This document shows positions 1 through 9,513 of a stretch of DNA of 64,000 bases, piece by piece (positions within the stretch are counted from its first letter, which is position 1; each line of letters begins with the position of its first letter). The position numbers and the translations under genes are program-made. The DNA is from Myxococcales bacterium. Its GTDB lineage: Bacteria; Myxococcota_A; Polyangia; Polyangiales; DASUME01. Where the stretch lies: the NCBI GenBank assembly GCA_047601445.1, contig JASGJH010000001.1, forward strand, positions 6,208,001 through 6,272,000. Direction: 5' to 3'. The notes under the pieces were generated by a model, which ran no database searches, was not told the DNA's origin, and saw only the letters and a program-made list of their open reading frames with translations.

Positions 1-2
1 CC

Positions 3-3000
3 ATCGAGGAGATCGCGCGCTATCTGGTGAGCGGAGCCACCAGCGAGGCGGGTGCGGGCGAGCCCCGGGAGCCCGCATGCAACATCGTCGACACCGGTCA
101 TCGCAGGCAGCTCGACCTGGAGCTCGAGATGCCGGAGTCGCCGCTCGAGGCCGTGATGAGCGGCGAGGTGTGGGAGGAGATCTATCAACGTTTGACGGGG
201 CTCATCGGTCAGCACCGCACCACGTTGGTGTTCGTGAACACGCGGCGTGTGGCGGAGCGCGTGGCGAAGCAGCTCAGCGAGCGTCTGGGAGAGGACAGGG
301 TCTCGGCCCACCATGGCTCGCTCTCCCGCGAAAAGCGGCTCGATGCCGAGACGCGCCTCAAAGCTGGACAGCTCTCGGTGCTGGTGGCCACGGCCTCGCT
401 CGAGTTGGGGATCGACGTGGGCGAGGTGGACTTGGTGTGCCAGCTCGGTTCGCCGCGCTCCATCGCCACCTTCTTGCAACGTGTGGGGCGCTCGGGCCAT
501 CACCTGGCGGGCATCCCCAAGGGCAGATTGTTTCCGCTGAGCCGAGACGACCTGCTCGATTGCAGTGCGCTGCTCGAGAGCGTTCGCGTGGGCGAGCTCG
601 ATCGTGTGCACATCCCGGAGGCGCCGCTCGATGTATTGGCGCAGCAGATCGTGGCCGCATCGGCCTGCGAGGAGCTCGGGCTCGACGAGCTCTATGCGCT
701 TTGCCGCAGTGCCTATCCCTACCGTGAGCTCGCGCGGGCGGATTTCGACGCCGTGCTCGAGATGTTGGGGGAGGGCTTCGCCACGCAGCGCGGTCGACGC
801 GGCGCGCTGGTTCACCTCGACGCGGTCCAGCGGCGGGTCAAGGGCAGGCGCGGCGCACGCTTGCTCGCCATCACCTCGGGCGGCGCCATTCCGGACACCT
901 TCGACTACGAGGTGCAGCTGGAACCCGAGCAGGTGCGGGTCGGCACGGTGCACGAGGACTTCGCCATCGAGAGCATGCAGGGCGACGTTTTCCAGCTCGG
1001 CAACCACAGCTATCGCATTCGCAAGGTCGAGCCGGGGATCTTGCGCGTGGAGGATGCCAAAGGGCAGCCACCCTCGCTGCCGTTCTGGGTCGCCGAGGCG
1101 CCGGGGCGCACCACGGAGCTGTCCCAGTCGGTGTCACGGCTGCGCTCGCGCATGGACGGCTGGTTGAGCCAATCTAGCGAGCACGCTTTGCAGATGTTGC
1201 GTGAGCACTACCAGCTGGGCGAGCGTGCGGCTCGGGAGCTCACCGACTATCTCGCGGCGTCACGTGCGCTGTTGGGTAGTCTGCCTACGCGCGAGACGCT
1301 GGTGCTCGAGCGCTTCTTCGACGAGACCGGCTCCATGCACTTGGTGCTGCACTCGCCGTTCGGCTCACGCGTGAACCGGGCGTTCGGCCTGGCCCTGCGC
1401 AAGCGCTTCTGTCGCAGCTTCAACGTGGAACTGCAGGCCGCGGCCACCGACGACGCCATCGTGCTCTCGCTTGGACCCATGCACAGCTTCGAGCTCGGCG
1501 ACGTCTTCCACTTCGTGAAGCCACGCACGGCACGCGACGTGTTGATCCAGGCCATGCTCGACGCACCCATGTTCGGCACTCGCTTTCGCTGGAACGCCTC
1601 GCGTGCCCTGGCCATCCCGCGCTTCCGCGGCGGCAAGAAGGTGCCCCCGCGCTTTCAGCGCATGCTCGCCGACGACCTTCTCGCGTGTGCTTTCCCGGAT
1701 CAGGTCGCTTGCGCCGAGAACCTCACCGGCGAGCGCCAAATCCCCGAGCATCCGCTCGTGAAGCAGACCATCCACGACTGCTTGCACGAGGCCATGGACA
1801 TCGAGGGCATGCAGCGGCTGGTGGAGGACATTGCCCAGGGCAACGTGGTGTGTTTGGCGCGTGACGTCAGCGAGCCTTCGCCGCTGGCTCAGGAAGTCAT
1901 CAGCGCTCGGCCCTACGCCTTCCTGGACGACGCGCCGCTCGAGGAGCGCCGCACCCAGGCCGTGATGCAGCGTCGCTTCCTCGACCCCGAGACCGCCCAA
2001 AAGCTCGGTGCGCTCGACGCGGATGCCATCGCGCGTGTGGTCGCAGAGGCCCGCGTGGAAGCCCGGGATGCCGACGAGCTGCATGACGCCCTGCTCGTGC
2101 ACTGCGCCTTGCCGGCTAGCGAATTCCCGGAATATCGAGAGCTGTTCCAGGCACTGCACGAGAAGCGCCGGGCCTTTGCGGTGCCGCATGGTGGCCGGCT
2201 GTTGTGGGTCGCGGCAGAGCGCCTGCGCTGGCTCGCTCAAGTGTCGCCCGACGCTGTGCCCGATCTTTCCGACGCGACCTTCGGGGGCAAGGTACCGGAG
2301 ACGCGTGAGGCAGCGTTGCGAGAGTTGGTGCGCGGACGCCTGGAGCTGGTGGGTCCCACCACTGCGGACGAGATGGCCGACGCGCTCGGTCTCTTGGTGC
2401 CCGACGTGGAGGCGGCGCTGCATGGGCTCGAGACCGAGGGCTTCGTACTGCGTGGTCGGTTCCGCCCGTCGAGCGAAGGGCAGCTGGCGCGTGGGCAGGA
2501 GTGGTGTGAGCGCAGGCTCTTGGCGCGCATTCACCGCGCCACGCTCGAGCGTTTGCGCGCGGAGATCGAGCCGGTGACGCCCGCGGTATTCATGCGTTTC
2601 CTGCTCGGGTGGCAACACCTCGGGAAGGGCAACGAGATGCAGGGCCTCGAGGGGCTCTATGCGGTCGTCGATCAGCTATCGGGCTTCGAGCTGGCGGCGG
2701 TGGCCTGGGAGCGCGACGTGCTGGCGGCGCGGGTGCGGCACTACGACCCGGGCCTGCTGGATGCCTTGAGCTTCACTGGGCGCGTTTCGTGGTCCCGCGT
2801 GCGGCTCACGGACAGCGGGCGTACGCCCATTCGCACCACGCCGATTGCGCTCTATCCACGTGAGCAGATGGAGCTGTTTCGCATCCAGGAGGGCACCGGC
2901 GAGCCAGCGCTCTCTTCGGAGGCGCAGCGTGTCCACGAGTTCTTGCGCGAGCGTGGCGCGAGCTTCTTCAACGACATCGCGCGCGGCAGCGGGCTGTTGA

Positions 3001-3680
3001 AGGCCCAGGTCGAATCGGCGCTGGCCGAGCTCGTCGCTTGCGGGCGCGTGAATTCCGATGGCTTCGCGGGGCTGCGTGGCTTGTTCTCCCAAAGCGCCGG
3101 CAGTCGCCATCCCTTGCGTCGGCGATCGCAGCAGCCGCTCGGAATGGAGGGGGCGGGGCGCTATGGACTCCTGGCGCTGCCGGCGCAACAACGGGACCCC
3201 GTGGAGCTCGCGCGCGCGCTGCTCAAGCGTTGGGGCGTGGTCTTTCGGCGCGTGCTCGATCGCGAGTCGGTGAAGATTGCGTGGGGAGAGTTGGTGCCGG
3301 TGTTGCGACGCATGGAAGCGCGTGGCGAGGTGCGGGGAGGTCGCTTCGTGTCCGGCTTCAGCGGCGAGCAGTATGCGTTGCCGGAGGCGGTGAGCGCTTT
3401 GCGCAAGCAGCGGCGAGATGCGCCTCAAGGGGAATTGATCTCGATCAGCGCGGCCGATCCGCTCAACCTGATCGGCCTCATCACGCCGGGACAGCGACTC
3501 GCTAGCCAGCCCAGGAACCGAGTCCTGTTCGAGGACGGGGTCCCGGTGGCGGCGCTCGACGCCGGCGAGGTGAAGTTCTTGCGGGAGACCGAGCCCGCCA
3601 AGCAATGGGCACTCGAGAGTGCCTTGGTGGCGCGCCGCGTCAGACCCGAGGTCAGGGCGTACCAGGGAAACGTCGGCTAG
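3..3680 (+). CDS. lhr: Lhr-family ATP-dependent SF2 helicase, long form; 5' end lies outside the window
   Basis: Frame open from window edge. Motifs LVFVNTR, AHHGSLS, ATASLELGIDVG, QRVGRSGH, PLDVLAQQIVA; C-terminal RGGRFVSGFSGEQYALPEA typical of long Lhr. Confidence 0.92.
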   Translation: MEEIARYLVSGATSEAGAGEPREPACNIVDTGHRRQLDLELEMPESPLEAVMSGEVWEEIYQRLTGLIGQHRTTLVFVNTRRVAERVAKQLSERLGEDRVSAHHGSLSREKRLDAETRLKAGQLSVLVATASLELGIDVGEVDLVCQLGSPRSIATFLQRVGRSGHHLAGIPKGRLFPLSRDDLLDCSALLESVRVGELDRVHIPEAPLDVLAQQIVAASACEELGLDELYALCRSAYPYRELARADFDAVLEMLGEGFATQRGRRGALVHLDAVQRRVKGRRGARLLAITSGGAIPDTFDYEVQLEPEQVRVGTVHEDFAIESMQGDVFQLGNHSYRIRKVEPGILRVEDAKGQPPSLPFWVAEAPGRTTELSQSVSRLRSRMDGWLSQSSEHALQMLREHYQLGERAARELTDYLAASRALLGSLPTRETLVLERFFDETGSMHLVLHSPFGSRVNRAFGLALRKRFCRSFNVELQAAATDDAIVLSLGPMHSFELGDVFHFVKPRTARDVLIQAMLDAPMFGTRFRWNASRALAIPRFRGGKKVPPRFQRMLADDLLACAFPDQVACAENLTGERQIPEHPLVKQTIHDCLHEAMDIEGMQRLVEDIAQGNVVCLARDVSEPSPLAQEVISARPYAFLDDAPLEERRTQAVMQRRFLDPETAQKLGALDADAIARVVAEARVEARDADELHDALLVHCALPASEFPEYRELFQALHEKRRAFAVPHGGRLLWVAAERLRWLAQVSPDAVPDLSDATFGGKVPETREAALRELVRGRLELVGPTTADEMADALGLLVPDVEAALHGLETEGFVLRGRFRPSSEGQLARGQEWCERRLLARIHRATLERLRAEIEPVTPAVFMRFLLGWQHLGKGNEMQGLEGLYAVVDQLSGFELAAVAWERDVLAARVRHYDPGLLDALSFTGRVSWSRVRLTDSGRTPIRTTPIALYPREQMELFRIQEGTGEPALSSEAQRVHEFLRERGASFFNDIARGSGLLKAQVESALAELVACGRVNSDGFAGLRGLFSQSAGSRHPLRRRSQQPLGMEGAGRYGLLALPAQQRDPVELARALLKRWGVVFRRVLDRESVKIAWGELVPVLRRMEARGEVRGGRFVSGFSGEQYALPEAVSALRKQRRDAPQGELISISAADPLNLIGLITPGQRLASQPRNRVLFEDGVPVAALDAGEVKFLRETEPAKQWALESALVARRVRPEVRAYQGNVG

Positions 3681-3731
3681 TCCGCCAGGTTCGCGCGCGC
3701 TCAGGCCCCGCAGCCGAGCGACACCAACCTG

Positions 3732-3776
3732 GCGCGCGGGGCCCGTCTCAGCTTGCTGAGACAGGCACCCGCGCGC
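3732..3776. terminator. Strong GC-rich hairpin, probable terminator between lhr and the opposing minus-strand transcript
   Basis: GCGCGCGGG-GCC-CGTCTCAGC-TT-GCTGAGAC-A-GGC-A-CCCGCGCGC; no clear U-tract. Confidence 0.5.
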
Positions 3777-3920
3777 TCAACCCAACCACCGCCAACAACT
3801 CAACGCAGCCAACGTAAGAGCTGTCGCGTACACCAACCCGAGCAACCAGCGAGGTTGCTCAATAGATTCGCGTGCGCGCTCAGCAAGCAAAGCTTTGTCG
3901 TACCTCCACCCGCTCATCAT
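3777..3920 (-). CDS. Putative 47-aa small membrane protein
   Basis: MMSGWRYDKALLAERARESIEQPRWLLGLVYATALTLAALSCWRWLG*; AAGGGG upstream of ATG, one C-terminal hydrophobic helix, hairpin directly after the stop. Confidence 0.4.
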   Translation of the reverse strand: MMSGWRYDKALLAERARESIEQPRWLLGLVYATALTLAALSCWRWLG

Positions 3921-4079
3921 TGCCGCACCCCTTACAAGGTGTATGGGGCCGGCCCAGGCCTTTTGTGACGAGCAGGTAAAAAAAGAGGGTGACGGGGCCG
4001 GACCCGGACAGGGACACGGGCGGGCACCGACGCGGTGGCGGAGGCCGAGGCGGTGGCCGTGGCCGTAGACCGTGGCTGC

Positions 4080-4157
4080 GGCTGGGGCCGAGGCGGCGAG
4101 CAGCTGGCCGGGGCCGAGGCGGCGAGCAGCTGGCTGGGGCCGAGGCGGCGAGCAGCT
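4080..4157. repeat. 26-bp tandem repeat x3
   Basis: GGC(T/C)GGGGCCGAGGCGGCGAGCAGCT at 4080, 4106, 4132, no spacers. Confidence 0.9.
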
Positions 4158-4182
4158 GGCCGCACGCCGCGAGCTGCTAGCG

Positions 4183-4231
4183 GATGGCAGATGGCGGATG
4201 GCCGATGGCGGATGGCCGATGGCCGATGGCC
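4183..4231. repeat. 7-bp tandem repeat x7 (GATGGCN)
   Basis: Read directly: gatggca gatggcg gatggcc gatggcg gatggcc gatggcc gatggcc. Confidence 0.9.
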
Positions 4232-4245
4232 CCCCCCTCTTTCTC

Positions 4246-6558
4246 CTACCCAAGTGCCTCCCCAAGTACCCGAACAATCTCCTCAGCATCAGGGCGCAGA
4301 TGGGGGTCGAGTTCTAGGCAGGCGTCGATGCAACGGATGACGTCGCGCGGGATGCTCTGTACGACGGGGGCCATCGAGGGGGCTCGCTCGGGGACTTCGC
4401 CCGCGAGGACGGCGGCTGCGGCGGGGCGCAGCGAGGGGCGGCGCTTGGCCATGAGCTCCCAGGCGAGGACCCCCAGGCTGTACACGTCCGCCTTGGGGGA
4501 GGCCTTTACGCCGCGTCGTGCCAGCTCAGGGGCCATGTAAAGCGGCGTTCCGGCGACCTGTCCGCTGCGCGTGATGAGCCCGGTATCACCGCTCGAGGGG
4601 GCGGGCAGCATGCGCTTGCTGCCGGAGGGCGGTCGCACGCTCTGGGCCACGGTGTCGAGATCGGAGGTGGGCGGGAATGAGAGCGCCGTGTCGGAGCCAT
4701 CCCGGGAGCTCGCATACGGGGCGGGCGTGACTCCGCTGCGCTCGGCCGGCGTGTAGCGAGCGATGCCGAAGTCGGTGAGTTTGACGCGGACCTGCCGCGG
4801 GTCGTCGCCGTCCTGCACGAGGATGTTGGGCGGCTTCACGTCGCGGTGCACGATGCCGGCATGGTGCAGCACCGCCAGGCCGCTCGCGATCTGGTGCAAC
4901 ACCGTCATGGTCCACACGGGGTCGCCGAAGCGCTGCGAGAGATGGTGCAGGGGTTTTCCGTCCACCAGCTCCATCACCAGGAACAAGAAGCCCGAACTCG
5001 CCACGTCGACGTCGACGATCTTCACCACGTTCGGGTGCGAGAGCTGCGCCGCGATCTGCGCCTCGCGCGCCAGCAGCGCGAGGGCCTGTCCATGGGTCTC
5101 GCGGGCGAGCTTGAGCGCGAAGCGCTGGCCGTCCCCGATGCGCTCCACTTCGTACACCGCTCCCATGCCGCCCGATCCGCGGAGTGACACCACGCGATAG
5201 CGGCCCTGCACCACGTCTCCCGGCTGCAGCGCTTGAGCCGGATTGTCCGCCCGATCCCGCAGCGCGAGCGCCGCGTAGATTTGCTCCGAGCGCTCCGCGA
5301 TCTGGCGCCTGAGCTCGGTGTTGAGCTGCTCGACCTCGTGGCCCCGCGTCTCCAGCTGGTGCACGCGCTCCTCGAGCTCCGCGGCCAGGCGGTCGCTGCG
5401 GGTGAGCGAGCTCAAGTGGCGCTGGCTCAGCGTCAGCGAGAGGAAGAACGAGAAGATGGCCAGACCCGCGCAGGCCACGTGGGCGCCCCCGAATATCTCC
5501 CCGAAGCCGCCCCACATGGCCATGTCGCTCCAGGTGGTCAGCGCCAGTGCCAGCCAGCAGCCCACGAACCAGCGCGCGTCGTTGCGCCAGCGCGCGTCGA
5601 ACATCAAGCGATAGCCGAGGCGTACCTGGGCGATCACGCCGAGCGTCACCACGATGATGGTGGCCCCACCCGCGACCGCGGTGGACCAATATGGGTCAAA
5701 GCCCAGCAGGCACACCAGCACGGCTGCGAAGCACAGCGCATCCCAGCGCCGCGGGAAGCGTCCCCGCTCGAAGAAATCGCAGGCGAACCGCAGCGAGCTC
5801 CACACGGCGCAGACGAGGGATGCCGCGATCACCGGCACCTCGTAGCGCCCCAAGAGCCGCAGCCAGAGGCCATTCACGTAGGCCGGGTAGGTGGCCGCGA
5901 AGAGTGCCTGGAACCCAAGCCACAGGTACTCGCGGCGTCGACCCCCGATGAAGAAGATGGCTAGCGCCGAGATCCCGATTTGGATTAACCACGCGCTCGC
6001 CACCAGCGAGACCTTCTCGTTGAACAGGCGCGCAACGTTGGTGGTGGTGTCACTCTCGCCGGCGAGCACCAGGCGGGGGACCACGTCGAGCCAGGCGCTG
6101 TGGGTCCAGCGATGATGCACGAGCAGGCGCAGGTCCAACACGCCGTCCACGGTGGCCCGCGCCGGCACGCGATAGATCTGAGCCTGGATTGCCCGGTGGC
6201 CGTAGTTGGGGGTCGGTAGCGCGGAAATGGCGCGCGCCCCGTCGACCCACAGCTCCGTGTGCGCCCAGAAGTGGGGCAACACGAAGTCCAGGTCTCGTCC
6301 CTGCAGCGGAGCGGGCAGGCGATAGCGAGCCACGAGCTCGTAGGCGAGATCCCGATCGGGCACCATCCGGTTGAGGTGCGCAGGCAGCTTGATTGAGACG
6401 GGCTTGGCGCTGGCGTCGAGCGAAAGCTGCCAGTGATCGACCGCGTTCGGCGGACCCGCGCAGGCGGTGAGCGTGCAGAGGACGAACCACGCCAGGCCGA
6501 GCCAAAGCCAGCCGACGCGGTCTCTGCCGCCCACGGGCGCTGTCGAGTCACTTCGCAA
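4246..6558 (-). CDS. Membrane Ser/Thr protein kinase with extracellular domain and ~7 TM sensor region
   Basis: GSGGMG, ALK, HRDVKPPN, DFG, GTPLYMAPE, DVYSLG; hydrophobic helices and a coiled coil precede the kinase domain. Confidence 0.88.
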   Translation of the reverse strand: MRSDSTAPVGGRDRVGWLWLGLAWFVLCTLTACAGPPNAVDHWQLSLDASAKPVSIKLPAHLNRMVPDRDLAYELVARYRLPAPLQGRDLDFVLPHFWAHTELWVDGARAISALPTPNYGHRAIQAQIYRVPARATVDGVLDLRLLVHHRWTHSAWLDVVPRLVLAGESDTTTNVARLFNEKVSLVASAWLIQIGISALAIFFIGGRRREYLWLGFQALFAATYPAYVNGLWLRLLGRYEVPVIAASLVCAVWSSLRFACDFFERGRFPRRWDALCFAAVLVCLLGFDPYWSTAVAGGATIIVVTLGVIAQVRLGYRLMFDARWRNDARWFVGCWLALALTTWSDMAMWGGFGEIFGGAHVACAGLAIFSFFLSLTLSQRHLSSLTRSDRLAAELEERVHQLETRGHEVEQLNTELRRQIAERSEQIYAALALRDRADNPAQALQPGDVVQGRYRVVSLRGSGGMGAVYEVERIGDGQRFALKLARETHGQALALLAREAQIAAQLSHPNVVKIVDVDVASSGFLFLVMELVDGKPLHHLSQRFGDPVWTMTVLHQIASGLAVLHHAGIVHRDVKPPNILVQDGDDPRQVRVKLTDFGIARYTPAERSGVTPAPYASSRDGSDTALSFPPTSDLDTVAQSVRPPSGSKRMLPAPSSGDTGLITRSGQVAGTPLYMAPELARRGVKASPKADVYSLGVLAWELMAKRRPSLRPAAAAVLAGEVPERAPSMAPVVQSIPRDVIRCIDACLELDPHLRPDAEEIVRVLGEALG

Positions 6559-6823
6559 AATCCTGGGTCAGCGCCTGTAGATGGGCCTCTGAGCCTCCTT
6601 CCGAAGTGTCGCCCAACGGGCGCCTCATCACAACCTTTGGACGGGGTTTGCGCGGGTGGCCCACAGGCGCGTACGAGGTGGGGAGCGCCTCACAGCGTTG
6701 GTGCTTGCCTGACCGGTTGGTCTAGCCCTGCGCGGTCGGCCGCGCGCGGGGGGTGGCGAGACTTTGGGGGCTTCAGCCTTACGACGCCTGCTGCGACGAC
6801 GTGATAGAGTCCCAAACGCCAAG

Positions 6824-7666
6824 GTGACCTTCTCATTTTTCAAGTACGAGGGTTTGGGTAACGACTTCCTGATCGCGGAGCAAGGACATGGCCCTGAGGT
6901 CACGCCCGAGCTCGCAGCTCAGCTGTGCGATCGCCATTTCGGAGTGGGCGGCGACGGCGTGCTCATGACGGGCTTCAAGCAGGGCTCCCCTTTCATGAAG
7001 GTGATCAATGCTGACGGCTCGGTGCCGGAGATGTGCGGCAACGGCTTGCGCTGCGTCGCGCTCTACCTGGTGCACCGCGGGCTGCTCAAGGAGCGGACCT
7101 TCACGGTGGAAACCGACGCCGGGCCCCACCCCGTGGCCGTGTTCCCCGAAGGGCGCGTGGGTCAGGTCCGGGTGTCCATGCGCCCCGCCTCGCTCGACTC
7201 CTCGGAGGTGCTCTCGGATGGACGCGGGGAGTTCCTGGACGCCTCCTTCCCGGTCGACGGTCGTGAGCTTCGCGTGAGCGCCGTTTCCATGGGCAACCCC
7301 CACGCGGTGATCTTCGACGAGATCGGCGACGACGCGCCCCACTTGGGCCCGCGCATCGAGAAGGACCCGCGCTTCCGCGCCGGGGCCAACGTGGGCTTCG
7401 CGCGCATGCGCGACCGCTCGACCATCGAGCTCAAGGTCTGGGAGCGAGGGGTGGGCTTCACCCTGGCTTGCGGGACCGGTGCTTGCGCCGCGGCGGTGGC
7501 AGCCGTGGAGACGGGCCGCGCGGATCGCGACTCCACGCTCACGGTACACCTGCCTGGTGGCCCGCTCTACATTCGCGTGGGCCAGCGCGGCGAGCGCATC
7601 GAGATGACGGGCCCTGCTCGCGAGGTGTTCTCGGGAGGCACGCTGTTGCACTCGGGGGATCGATGA
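6824..7666 (+). CDS. dapF: Diaminopimelate epimerase
   Basis: KYEGLGNDF, NADGS..EMCGNG, SMGNPHAV, WERGVGFTLACGTGAC; GTG start chosen. Confidence 0.95.
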   Translation: MTFSFFKYEGLGNDFLIAEQGHGPEVTPELAAQLCDRHFGVGGDGVLMTGFKQGSPFMKVINADGSVPEMCGNGLRCVALYLVHRGLLKERTFTVETDAGPHPVAVFPEGRVGQVRVSMRPASLDSSEVLSDGRGEFLDASFPVDGRELRVSAVSMGNPHAVIFDEIGDDAPHLGPRIEKDPRFRAGANVGFARMRDRSTIELKVWERGVGFTLACGTGACAAAVAAVETGRADRDSTLTVHLPGGPLYIRVGQRGERIEMTGPAREVFSGGTLLHSGDR

Positions 7667-9513
7667 GCGCCCCGCGTTTGCGGGTGCTGGTGGTGGCCGC
7701 CGAAACCAGCGATTCAACCTTTGCTCAGCGCGTCCTGGACGACAACGGAGACCGCGCCGAGACCTGCGCCGATGTACCGGAGGCGCTCGCCCGGCTGAGC
7801 CAGGAGAAGTTCGACCTGGCCCTGGTGTCGCTATCCATGCCGCGCGGCGACGGACTCGCGCTGGTGCACCACCTGCGAGCCCTCTACCCGGAGCTCGACG
7901 TGGTGGTGATGTCCACGGCCGACGAGGTCGAGGAGGCCGCCAGTGCGATGGCCCTCGGCGTGTTGAGCACCATGGTCACGCCGCTCACCGGCGACGAGAT
8001 CCTGGTGGCCGCCGATCGCGTGCGCGAGCGTCGCCTGCTGATCGCCGAGCGCACCAACCTGCGCGCGAAGGTCGCCTCGAGCGCACGCCGCAACGAGACC
8101 TATGCGCGCTGTGCCGCCTTCGTGGCGGAGCCTGACACCACGGTGGCCGCGCGTCGCGTGCTCGAAGCCTGTGCCGCCGAGGTGGAGGTGGAAGTCAGCG
8201 CGCTCTACCTGGTGGACTCGCGGCAGGAGCGTTACTTCCGCGTGGCCAAGAGCGGCCTCGGCAGTGCCCTGGTCGAGCAGGTGCAGTCCAAGGATATCCA
8301 CGTCGCCAAGGGTGAATCGCTGGGGCAGGTGGGCGACGAGATTCACCTACTGCTGCACAGCGGAGATACGCGCATCGGCCTGGTGGTGCTCAAGAACAAG
8401 GACAGCACGCCGATCTCACTCGAGGCCCACGAGCTACTCGAGGTCATCGCTCGCCTCGCCAGCGCCGCCCTCACGGCTGCTCGTCGCGTGGAAGCCATCG
8501 CGCGCGGGGGCATCAAGGATCCCGATACCGGCGCCTACACGTTCGCCTACTTCGGGGACGTGGCCTCGCGCGAGATCGACCGCGCCATCCGCCATCACCG
8601 CGCGTTCGCGCTGCTCACGCTGCAGATCTCGGGCCTCACCGAGGTGGCGCCGGACATGTCGATCAGCGAGCTCGCCGGGCTGCGGCGACTCACCACGCAG
8701 TGTGTCTTGGCCTCGGTGCGCGACAGCGACATGGTCGCGCGCGTGGAGGACGACCAGTACTACCTGCTATTGCCCGAGACGGGTTTGCTCGGTGCGCTGG
8801 CCTGTCGTCGTCGCATTCTCGAGCGACTCAAGAGCTTGCCCAAGGACGTCGAACGCGGGATGCCGGGACTCGAGCGCCGCGTGGATCCCACGCGCCTCGT
8901 GGCCAGCGTCGGCATCAGCGCGTTCCCCAGCGACGGCGCCGATCTGGGCGTTCTCATCAAGCTGAGCCGTCGGCGCAGCGATCGCGCGCGCGAGAGCGAC
9001 TGGTATCGTTTGGGGCTCGACGGACTGCCTTTCTGGGATGCCGTGACGCGCCTGGTGCAGGGAGACCCCGGGGACCAGGACAGCGGCTCGGGGCTAGGTG
9101 CGCGGGCCATGATGCCCGTCGAGCTGATCGCCCGCATCACGCTCGGCCTCATCCGCGACGCACACCGCGACAACACGGCCGGCACCCTGTATTTGGCGGG
9201 CGACGCCGAGCTCAGCGCACAGGTCGCTCGTGAAGCCCTGACGGCCCACGATCCTGCCCTGCGCACCTGGTTGCTCGGTCCTTCGCCGTCCGTGCGCGAC
9301 CCCGCGGCCGAGCTGCGCCTCCCCATCGCCGATCCACGGCTCAAGCAGACCGCCCTCGTCTTGTGCATCACCGAGCGCTGCGGCTACTGCCTGGTGGCGC
9401 GCCGCGGCGAGGCCGGTCAGGTGGTCGCCTATCACTCGTCGGACCTCGAGCTGGTCGAGGGCCTCGTCAACGCACTGCAGACCACCTACCACCTGCAACC
9501 GGAGCTCCGGTGA
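7663..9513 (+). CDS. Receiver + GAF-like + degenerate GGDEF domain protein
   Basis: Atypical REC (DLALVSLSMPRGDG); GGDEF-fold entry DPDTGAY; RDSD..ARVEDDQY in place of GGDEF; ATGA overlap with dapF. Confidence 0.8.
   Translation: MSAPRLRVLVVAAETSDSTFAQRVLDDNGDRAETCADVPEALARLSQEKFDLALVSLSMPRGDGLALVHHLRALYPELDVVVMSTADEVEEAASAMALGVLSTMVTPLTGDEILVAADRVRERRLLIAERTNLRAKVASSARRNETYARCAAFVAEPDTTVAARRVLEACAAEVEVEVSALYLVDSRQERYFRVAKSGLGSALVEQVQSKDIHVAKGESLGQVGDEIHLLLHSGDTRIGLVVLKNKDSTPISLEAHELLEVIARLASAALTAARRVEAIARGGIKDPDTGAYTFAYFGDVASREIDRAIRHHRAFALLTLQISGLTEVAPDMSISELAGLRRLTTQCVLASVRDSDMVARVEDDQYYLLLPETGLLGALACRRRILERLKSLPKDVERGMPGLERRVDPTRLVASVGISAFPSDGADLGVLIKLSRRRSDRARESDWYRLGLDGLPFWDAVTRLVQGDPGDQDSGSGLGARAMMPVELIARITLGLIRDAHRDNTAGTLYLAGDAELSAQVAREALTAHDPALRTWLLGPSPSVRDPAAELRLPIADPRLKQTALVLCITERCGYCLVARRGEAGQVVAYHSSDLELVEGLVNALQTTYHLQPELR

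Noticed and set aside
4080..4157. 26-bp repeats as a CRISPR array
   Set aside because: No spacers and no cas genes.
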